From a virus, in the IMG/VR virus record IMGVR_UViG_3300038859_000015, positions 1 to 36,935 of that record: a stretch of 36,935 bases of DNA, one strand, 5' to 3'. The notes below the pieces were generated by a model. It was not told the DNA's origin and ran no database searches. It was given only the letters and a program-made list of their open reading frames with translations. Below, piece after piece: positions 24,277 through 30,998 of the stretch. The first letter of the stretch is position 1, and each line of letters opens with the position of its first letter. Made by a program: the position numbers and the translations under genes.

Positions 24277-25060
24277 TGAGCGCGATTTCGACACCACCCA
24301 ACTGAAGATGTCCGGCCACGGCCGCACGCTGCACCGGGACTACTCAGCCCACTTCTGGCGTTGGAGCTTTGCACGCCGCTTCATCACTGCCAAGGATTCA
24401 GTGATTGAGATCGGGTGCGGTGAGGAGAAGCCACTGAGCAAGATCCTGACCGGCGGTGCCGCTGCGCATGTTGATCGCTATGTGGGAGTGGATCTAAACA
24501 AGCTCAAGGAGTCAAAGTCGCAACGCTTGGACTTCTACGGTGAGGTTGATTTCACCAATCCACGTGTCCGTAAGAAAATCCTAGAGCAGCACGGTGAGTT
24601 CGACATCGCAGTGCACTTTGAGGTCATTGAGCACATGCAGGTGGCCAGCGGGCGTAAGCTGCTTAAGGGTTGCCTTGAAGCATTGAAACCAGGCGGCGTC
24701 ATGCTAATGTCCACCCCTGTCTACGATGGTAAGCGCCATGCCGCTAACCATATCCATGAGTACTATGCTGACGAGCTCCAGGAGGAGGTTGAAAAGGCCG
24801 GCTTCGTTGTTGAGCGCCGCTTCGGTACCTTCATGGACATCAAACACATTGGTAAAGCAGATACCGACCGTTGCTCAACCGAAGCCATCAAAGAGGTCTC
24901 TGACGCCCTGCGTGAGTACTTTGACAACGACGCCATCAGCAACATCTTCGGCCCGTTGTACCAGGACCACTCACGCAACAACCTCTGGGTTTGCCGTAAG
25001 CCAAAGGCAGCCAAGTCGTCACGCCGCAAGCGTCGCGCCAAAGATAAGGCTCCGTTCTAA
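24245..25060 (+). CDS. class I SAM-dependent methyltransferase, small-molecule/UbiG-like type rather than an obvious DNA MTase (271 aa)
   Basis: Motif I VIEIGCGEE, post-I VGVDL, HFEVIEHM and LKPGGVMLMSTP. No DPPY or PC-type DNA-MTase motif. AAGGAG RBS. Confidence 0.75.
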   Translation: MMPKTRQVKRDERDFDTTQLKMSGHGRTLHRDYSAHFWRWSFARRFITAKDSVIEIGCGEEKPLSKILTGGAAAHVDRYVGVDLNKLKESKSQRLDFYGEVDFTNPRVRKKILEQHGEFDIAVHFEVIEHMQVASGRKLLKGCLEALKPGGVMLMSTPVYDGKRHAANHIHEYYADELQEEVEKAGFVVERRFGTFMDIKHIGKADTDRCSTEAIKEVSDALREYFDNDAISNIFGPLYQDHSRNNLWVCRKPKAAKSSRRKRRAKDKAPF

Positions 25061-25551
25061 TGAGCAACTTCAACGATGTTAAAACCTTTCACAAGAAGTT
25101 CGGGCTGCTTAATGGCGATGCCCCTCGCCGCCTCACTGATCGTAAGCTCCAAGAGCGGATGGAGTTCCTCTTTGAGGAGTTTCGCGAGTTTGCCATGGGG
25201 TGCGGTTGCATCCTGACCGTCGATGGGAACCCACTGGATTACCCTGACGATCCATCCACTAAGGTCAAGTTCTATAAGATCGACGACCAGGACCTGGCTG
25301 AGCAGGCTGATGCTCTCATCGACCTGGTTTACGTGGCCATGGGAACAGCTGTGATGCTCGGTCTGCCGTGGCAGGAGCTTTGGGATGACGTGCAGCGCGC
25401 CAACATGGACAAGGAGCGCGGGGTTGGGAAGCGTGGTCACCCAGTTGATTGTATCAAACCAGAGGGCTGGGTCGGACCTAAGACCCAAGAGATCTTATTG
25501 ACCAGTGGCTATGATGAGTCAGCCGAGGAGGTGGACGATGAGATCAAGTAA
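25060..25551 (+). CDS. MazG/HisE-like all-alpha nucleoside triphosphate pyrophosphohydrolase (163 aa)
   Basis: FHKKFGL...RMEFLFEEFREFA...EQADALIDLVYVAMG matches the EExxE/D acidic helix pattern of this superfamily. Confidence 0.65.
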   Translation: MSNFNDVKTFHKKFGLLNGDAPRRLTDRKLQERMEFLFEEFREFAMGCGCILTVDGNPLDYPDDPSTKVKFYKIDDQDLAEQADALIDLVYVAMGTAVMLGLPWQELWDDVQRANMDKERGVGKRGHPVDCIKPEGWVGPKTQEILLTSGYDESAEEVDDEIK

Positions 25552-26437
25552 GCTTACCATCTTCGAGGGCCCTGATGGATCAGGCAAGACCACTGCCGCT
25601 GTCGAATACGCCAAGGCCACTGGTGCTAAGTACGTGCACTTTGCCAACCTACCGCAGGTTGGCAAGAACCTGGCACGAATGTACGTCGAGGCCATGCTGC
25701 CCGCGCTGCTCGGTTACCAGGGTGTGGTCTTCGATCGCTGCTGGCTCAGCGAGGTGCCTTATGGCACCGCCTTCCGTGAGGGGCAGGATCGTTTGGGCTA
25801 CGCCACCTGTCGGATGCTTGAACGACTTGCCATGCGGTGCGGTGCGGTGGTGGTGCACTGTCGCCCACCCTGGGCCAAGGTCAAGCAGACCTACCTCAGT
25901 CGCCGTGAGGAGGAGTACCTCGAGAACGACAACCAGCTCCGGGTGGTTTACGACCTGTATGGCAAGAACCGCACCGGGCTGCCTGAGCTGATGTACGACT
26001 ATACGGCGGAACCAGAACTACGCCCCATGCTGGTCGATGCCCTTCGCATGCCCCAACACCCGCTTGACGTCCAATCAGCTGGGAACTGGGGTGCCAGGAC
26101 GGTGCTGGTTGGGGAGGGGTTCGCCTACCAAAAGGACTGTGACGCCCTGTATCAGTGGCCATTCGCGTCGTTCAGCAAGTTGGGGTGCAGTCAGTGGTTG
26201 ACTGAGCAGCTTGGTGATCATGACGTTTGGGAAAAGGACCTGCTCTGGATCAACGCTGATCAGGACCTGTCCGTGCTCTATGACCTAGAACCAGAGCGTA
26301 TCGTGGCGCTGGGCAAGGAGGCGTGCACCCAACTTTATCGGTTGAAGATCATGGCAGCCACCGTGCCGCACCCGCAACATCACAAGCGCTTCAATATCAC
26401 GAAGCCCTATGAGCTCTTTGACTATATCGGAGGATAA
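25538..26437 (+). CDS. fusion protein: thymidylate-kinase-like dNMP kinase (N) plus UDG-superfamily fold domain (C), about 299 aa
   Basis: N-terminal part: IFEGPDGSGKTT P-loop and VFDRCWLSEVPYG (the Tmk DR motif). C-terminal part: VLVGEGFA...WPF...WL...IVALGK...VPHPQHHKR, matching family-4-like UDG motifs A (GEGPG...PF) and B (HPS..R). ATG 25538 with a GAGGAGG RBS. Confidence 0.7.
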   Translation: MRSSKLTIFEGPDGSGKTTAAVEYAKATGAKYVHFANLPQVGKNLARMYVEAMLPALLGYQGVVFDRCWLSEVPYGTAFREGQDRLGYATCRMLERLAMRCGAVVVHCRPPWAKVKQTYLSRREEEYLENDNQLRVVYDLYGKNRTGLPELMYDYTAEPELRPMLVDALRMPQHPLDVQSAGNWGARTVLVGEGFAYQKDCDALYQWPFASFSKLGCSQWLTEQLGDHDVWEKDLLWINADQDLSVLYDLEPERIVALGKEACTQLYRLKIMAATVPHPQHHKRFNITKPYELFDYIGG

Positions 26438-26439
26438 TC

Positions 26440-27231
26440 ATGACAAAAGATCTGCCCTACGTGTGGCTTGAGGCCATCAATGACATCTTAACCAACGGCG
26501 ATGAGGTAGCGCCGCGCGGCCAGTTAACCAGGGAGCTGCTGCAGCGAACCATGGTGGTGGACATGCGCCGTCCGGTACTGACTGTGCCACAACGAAAGTT
26601 GAGCTACCAGTTCATGGCCGCTGAGGCCTACTGGATTCTGACCGGTGACAATCGGGTCAGCACCATCGCCCCGTACAACAAGCACATCAGCCAGTTCAGC
26701 GATGACGGCGAGACCTTCTTCGGTGCCTATGGGCCCAAGATTATGTCGCAATTGCAGTACGTGGTATCGAAGCTGCTACTGGATCTCGACACCCGTCAGG
26801 CTGGGCTCACCATTTGGCGTGAGTGCCCACCTGCGACCAAGGACGTGCCGTGCACCGTAGCGGTGTTCTTTAACATTCGCAACAACAAGCTGAACTGCCA
26901 CACCTTCATGCGTTCATCTGATGTTTGGTTGGGGGTACCATACGACGTCTTCAACTTCAGCATGCTCAGTCACATGGTGTGCTGCTTGTTGAACGGTGAC
27001 CTCAACGCGGATGGCCCTATCACACCTGGTGATCTTCACCTAACCGCAGCCAGCTCCCACCTTTATGAGCGCAACTTCGAGGCGGCGCGTGAGTGCCTGA
27101 CCGCGGAGGTCCTGGATCAGCAGCTGACCCCGGAGGCGTTGTTTACAGACAGCGAGAAGTTCTCCAAGTGGTTGAAGGACCTGCGTGATACTAAACCTGG
27201 CACCACCTTTCTGCGCTGGTGGGAAAACTGA
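26440..27231 (+). CDS. ThyA-family pyrimidine-nucleotide C5 transferase. Predicted dCMP-specific (hydroxymethylase or methylase) rather than canonical thymidylate synthase (263 aa).
   Basis: Gap-free match of NKLNCHTFMRSSDVWLGVPYDVFNFSML to E. coli [28 protein letters not shown]. Catalytic Cys in DVPCT. Asp (26944-26946) sits at the Asn177 position, as in T4 gp42. Confidence 0.75.
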   Translation: MTKDLPYVWLEAINDILTNGDEVAPRGQLTRELLQRTMVVDMRRPVLTVPQRKLSYQFMAAEAYWILTGDNRVSTIAPYNKHISQFSDDGETFFGAYGPKIMSQLQYVVSKLLLDLDTRQAGLTIWRECPPATKDVPCTVAVFFNIRNNKLNCHTFMRSSDVWLGVPYDVFNFSMLSHMVCCLLNGDLNADGPITPGDLHLTAASSHLYERNFEAARECLTAEVLDQQLTPEALFTDSEKFSKWLKDLRDTKPGTTFLRWWEN

Positions 27232-27256
27232 TGAGCATCAGGCGGGGGTGGGAGCA

Positions 27257-27766
27257 ATGAGGCCGTCACGAGAGACCTGGGCCATGGGGTTAGCTCAGCT
27301 CACTGCCCAACGGTCTACCTGTTATCGTCGTCAAGTGGGGTGCGTGCTCCTGAATAGACGAGGCCACGTGCTATCGACTGGCTATAATGGGGTGGCCGCC
27401 GGGTTGCCTCATTGCAACCAACCAGAGCTGGTGCCAGTGGTTGAGAACCACCAACTGGCGGTGGAACATGACGTGCCGTTAGTGGCGGATAACAGAAATA
27501 TCTGCAGCGGCGCGCGGTCAGCTAGTGGCACCGATCTTGATGGGTGCCAGGCCATCCATGCCGAGCAGAACGCGTTGCTCCAGTGCGGCGACGTCCACCA
27601 GATCCACACCGCCTTTGTGACAGCGTCGCCCTGCATGACCTGCACCAAGTTGCTGCTTAACACAGCCTGTGAACGTATCATCTTTGTGGAGGAGTATCCC
27701 CACAATGAGGCGCAGGCTTTGTGGGAATCATCAGGTAGGAAGTGGTTAAAATTTGATCAGCTCTAG
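27257..27766 (+). CDS. dCMP deaminase (about 169 aa)
   Basis: HAEQNAL and SPCMTCTKLL zinc-binding motifs. N-terminus WAMGLAQLTAQRSTC. ATG 27257 with a GGGAG RBS. Confidence 0.85.
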   Translation: MRPSRETWAMGLAQLTAQRSTCYRRQVGCVLLNRRGHVLSTGYNGVAAGLPHCNQPELVPVVENHQLAVEHDVPLVADNRNICSGARSASGTDLDGCQAIHAEQNALLQCGDVHQIHTAFVTASPCMTCTKLLLNTACERIIFVEEYPHNEAQALWESSGRKWLKFDQL

Positions 27767-27788
27767 GACCTTCAGAGCTCATCCGTAG

Positions 27789-27830
27789 CGCGCCCCAACC
27801 CAGGCATATAGGCTAACCTAGGTTGGGCGC
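27789..27830. terminator. bidirectional hairpin terminator between the convergent arms
   Basis: GCGCCCCAACCCAGG ... CCTAGGTTGGGCGC, about 13 bp of pairing with one bulge and one mismatch. It sits between the stops at 27766 (+) and 27857 (-). Confidence 0.6.
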
Positions 27831-27856
27831 TTCTGTAAGACCTGGTACGGTTCCTG

Positions 27857-28258
27857 TTAACCTCTGGTACGTTCAATAATGACATCGACCTCATCAGGGA
27901 CCAGGTCAAGCAGCTTAGACAGGGTGGCGCGCGAGTTGGTGACATCTGGGACACCATCCGCATCTAAGTACTTGATACCATCTCCCACAAGCAGGCATCC
28001 CTCGATCTGGCGGGTGTAGTTCCCCGCGTGGACCTCAATATAAGTCCGGTTGTGGACATTATGAAGCAACAGCACAGCGCCGTGCTTCGGCGACCCATAC
28101 TTTGTGGCTTTATAGGTACCAGCTGGGATGCAAGAGATGTTACGACTGTTGCCCAACCACGGCAGCTCCAAGGTAAAGCAACGGAAATCACCGTACTGGA
28201 GCCGGCCCAGGGTGCACTCCGGTTGGTTCCAAGAATCTATTAAGATCTTTGTTTTCAC
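27857..28258 (-). CDS. putative cell-wall hydrolase, DUF5675-like with a YkuD-like H...GC motif (133 aa)
   Basis: Last gene of the lysis cassette. YIEVHAGNYTRQIEGCLLVG is reminiscent of the His/Gly-Cys signature of L,D-peptidases. GTG start with an AGGAGG RBS. Confidence 0.45.
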   Translation of the reverse strand: MKTKILIDSWNQPECTLGRLQYGDFRCFTLELPWLGNSRNISCIPAGTYKATKYGSPKHGAVLLLHNVHNRTYIEVHAGNYTRQIEGCLLVGDGIKYLDADGVPDVTNSRATLSKLLDLVPDEVDVIIERTRG

Positions 28259-28392
28259 TTCTTCCTCCTTGTCTTGCCGGCCTCAATGGCGCGTAGTTGG
28301 GCCAACGCTTTGACGCGAGTGGGATGACTACCTAACTTCTTCTTACCGGTTTTATTGTACACGTTGTAGTTCTTACCGACCTTCTTAATCAT
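28255..28392 (-). CDS. 45-aa basic mini-protein (MIKKVGKNYNVYNKTGKKKLGSHPTRVKALAQLRAIEAGKTRRKK)
   Basis: Translated by hand. ATGA-coupled to the holin stop and GTGA-coupled to the downstream gene. Confidence 0.5.
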   Translation of the reverse strand: MIKKVGKNYNVYNKTGKKKLGSHPTRVKALAQLRAIEAGKTRRKK

Positions 28393-28784
28393 TTGGAAAC
28401 CCCTTTATATTTTTCAAACGTTCTTAAGGATCCAAGACCCAGCAACCCGCCCAATACCGTGAGCAAAGATGCCATATCAAACTCGGGTAATGTTGGAAGC
28501 TGTACACCTGAGATGGCCACGATGAAAAGCAGCAGAGGCTGTAGCACAAAGTGGTAAGCAAAGGCGACACCGCAGGTCCATCCAATGAACGGGCGCCACC
28601 CGCCACGGAATGTTGAACCTGAGGCGGCATCGGCTTTATTGATCTCAATCTGGGCAAGTGCGATCTCATGAGCCTGTCGCTCGGCCATGGTGGCGATCTC
28701 GTGGGCTAGCCTGGCCTTCTCATCAGCATCAGGCACGAACTTGTCAAGCAAGTTCGAGATCGGGTTAACAAGCAGCTCAATCAT
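28389..28784 (-). CDS. holin, GTA-type three-TM family (131 aa)
   Basis: LDKFVPDADEKARLAHE...AQIEINKADAASGSTFRGGWRPFIGWTCGVAFAYHF plus further hydrophobic segments, matching the remembered pattern of the 3TM holin of gene transfer agents. Confidence 0.75.
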   Translation of the reverse strand: MIELLVNPISNLLDKFVPDADEKARLAHEIATMAERQAHEIALAQIEINKADAASGSTFRGGWRPFIGWTCGVAFAYHFVLQPLLLFIVAISGVQLPTLPEFDMASLLTVLGGLLGLGSLRTFEKYKGVSK

Positions 28785-29035
28785 TGTTTATCCTCCTTAT
28801 CATCAAGCTTGTCCTCAATCCGATCAAGCTTCTTGAAGATAGCGTCACTGAGCCGGTTGAACTCATCCTGCTTCACGTACTGACCAGCGACAAGCACCTC
28901 AATCGAGTTGACCTTCTCGACAAGCTCCTTGTCTGATGTTTGAAGATCCTTTACAGCCTGCCAGAGTGATTTTACCAAGATACCAATCAACGTGCCAAAC
29001 AAGCCAAGAAGCCAATTAATAATTGTTTGATCCAC
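28781..29035 (-). CDS. membrane-anchored coiled-coil protein (holin partner or i-spanin-like), about 84 aa
   Basis: One N-terminal TM (IINWLLGLFGTLIGILV) followed by a charged coiled coil. GTG at 29035 with an AGGAGG RBS 4 nt upstream is preferred to the track start at 29062. Confidence 0.55.
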   Translation of the reverse strand: MDQTIINWLLGLFGTLIGILVKSLWQAVKDLQTSDKELVEKVNSIEVLVAGQYVKQDEFNRLSDAIFKKLDRIEDKLDDKEDKQ

Positions 29036-29043
29036 TGTGCCTC

Positions 29044-30996
29044 CTAGGTTGATGATGTCCACATCCCGTCGAACTGGACGCTGATGTTACGTAAGGTGGC
29101 GGCTGAACCCGCCGTGTTATTTAGCGCCACAGCTAGCTCACCGGCGTTGTTGACAAAACCAGAAAATGCCACGCTACCAGAGCCGTTACGCTGCCGCTCC
29201 GTGTCAGTAACAGTAGCGCCGTCATATTCAAGCTGTGAGATGCGGTGCTGATATGACGTGGGAGAAACATACACCTGCGCGGTGGCGTGCCCCCAGAACT
29301 CGGCACCGACATCAATACCTAGATTTACGTTGGTGGTAGTGGTCGCAGGCAAGTTAGTATCAACATCAACATATACCTTGAACCCGGTCATTGACAACTT
29401 CTCACCATTTAAGGTGGTTGCCACCGTGGTGCAATCCTTGAATGAGTTGTTACCAAACAGCCCGCCGTTGCTGACCGAGTAAAGCGCCGTAGCAACATTA
29501 ATGAACGCGTTATCAGTCACCGTAGGTGTCGCGTGATTAATTCGACAACCAAAGTCACAATTAATGATCGTGTTGCCAGTAATTAGCTTGGGCGCGAAAT
29601 CAAGTGAGACCGCCTGTTCGTACCCCTTGATAGAGTTGCCCGTGATGGTGACAGATTCGAATGACTGAATCCCAGTACCATCAGCTACGCCTCGGATGGC
29701 ACGATTGGCTCGCGTTAAAGAACCATCAAAAAAGACGTTTGATGAGATCACTATGTTTTGGGGTTGTTCAAACGTACCGCCTATGTTGTTGTCGGTAAGA
29801 AAGATACCATCTGCGTTGGCCACGATTTCATTACCTGTGATGGCGATGTTCTCAGCCTCCTCCTCAAGATGGACACACTCATTGGCATCGCCCTCAAATA
29901 CGTTGGAAGCAATTACCATATTTTGTACACTGGCACCACCACAAAAGATCTGCTCAGTGCCTGCAGTAAAGTCCTCAAAGTGGTTTGAGACAATACGAAT
30001 ATTTTTTGCAGATCCTGTGGGAACGTTAAATTGAACACCGCCTTGACCCAGATCATGGATGTAGTTACCTTGGTACAGCACGTTCCTAATGTTCCCCGTT
30101 CGCGTGTTGCTCCTTAGCTGCACGCGCTGCACACCAGAAATCTCGTTATCCACTATACGAATATTGGACGTATCAACGTCCAAGTACTCAATAAAGTTGT
30201 ATAAGTTACTGCCAGCGACATTACCGCCGTCGATTTTACAACCTACCACAGTAAGATCATTGGCTGTTAAGGAGATAAACTGAGTAGAGTCTGAGGCCAC
30301 GCCTGAGAAGGTGCTTCCTAGGCCCTTGATAGAGAACCCGTCGTTGGTTACATTAAAAATGGACTTGTATGACGAAGTGGCGGACTCAAACGCGAGCACC
30401 GCTTGGTGAGGGTCATCTGCGATTAACGCAGTATTTGCCGACGGCGTAAAGTTCGCACCAGCAGTGAGCACCACTCGGTACGTACCATCAGGAAAATAAA
30501 TATCGCGCCCAGATGCTAACGCTGATTGAAATGCTGGGGTGTCATCAGCCACCCCATCACCCACAGCCCCGAAGTCCTTGATGCTAAGAAGATCTGATAA
30601 GCGTGCCTCCAAGGTGCGCGAGCTTGACCCACCAAAAGGCGCCAGATAATCAACTCGTTCCGAATCAAGCTGGCCGCTAATAAGGCTGAAGGGAATGCGA
30701 TCAGTGGAGTTTAGTGACGAGTAAACCAACGAACCGTTCTTATTTCTCACGGTAATGGAATAGTCATCAGCGTCTACAAAAAGTCGCCCAGGTGTTCCAC
30801 TGCGTGATGGGAACCCGTTGATCGTACGTACTGGTTGTGCAGCCGGGATAGAAAGTGCCGCGTCCCAATACGCGTTAATAGGGTTAGCTTCAGGGTTGAG
30901 GCCTGCCGTGCCAAGATAAATAAACCCGTCCTCAAGCGGGTCGCCTGCTGTGTTAGGAAACACATCAAAAGGCGGTGTAACTGAAAATGCAGCCAT
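29044..30996 (-). CDS. tailspike with right-handed beta-helix (pectate-lyase-3 type), probable polysaccharide depolymerase (650 aa)
   Basis: IKDFGAVGDGVADDTPAFQSALASGRDIYFPDGTYRV is the hallmark start of pectate-lyase-superfamily tailspikes. Repetitive N/G/I/V-rich beta-helix body. Confidence 0.8.
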   Translation of the reverse strand: MAAFSVTPPFDVFPNTAGDPLEDGFIYLGTAGLNPEANPINAYWDAALSIPAAQPVRTINGFPSRSGTPGRLFVDADDYSITVRNKNGSLVYSSLNSTDRIPFSLISGQLDSERVDYLAPFGGSSSRTLEARLSDLLSIKDFGAVGDGVADDTPAFQSALASGRDIYFPDGTYRVVLTAGANFTPSANTALIADDPHQAVLAFESATSSYKSIFNVTNDGFSIKGLGSTFSGVASDSTQFISLTANDLTVVGCKIDGGNVAGSNLYNFIEYLDVDTSNIRIVDNEISGVQRVQLRSNTRTGNIRNVLYQGNYIHDLGQGGVQFNVPTGSAKNIRIVSNHFEDFTAGTEQIFCGGASVQNMVIASNVFEGDANECVHLEEEAENIAITGNEIVANADGIFLTDNNIGGTFEQPQNIVISSNVFFDGSLTRANRAIRGVADGTGIQSFESVTITGNSIKGYEQAVSLDFAPKLITGNTIINCDFGCRINHATPTVTDNAFINVATALYSVSNGGLFGNNSFKDCTTVATTLNGEKLSMTGFKVYVDVDTNLPATTTTNVNLGIDVGAEFWGHATAQVYVSPTSYQHRISQLEYDGATVTDTERQRNGSGSVAFSGFVNNAGELAVALNNTAGSAATLRNISVQFDGMWTSST

Positions 30997-30998
30997 AG

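Noticed and set aside
27772-27963. 63-aa minus-strand ORF spanning the convergent terminator
   Set aside because: It runs through the terminator hairpin and overlaps the 3' end of the 27857-28258 gene in another frame.
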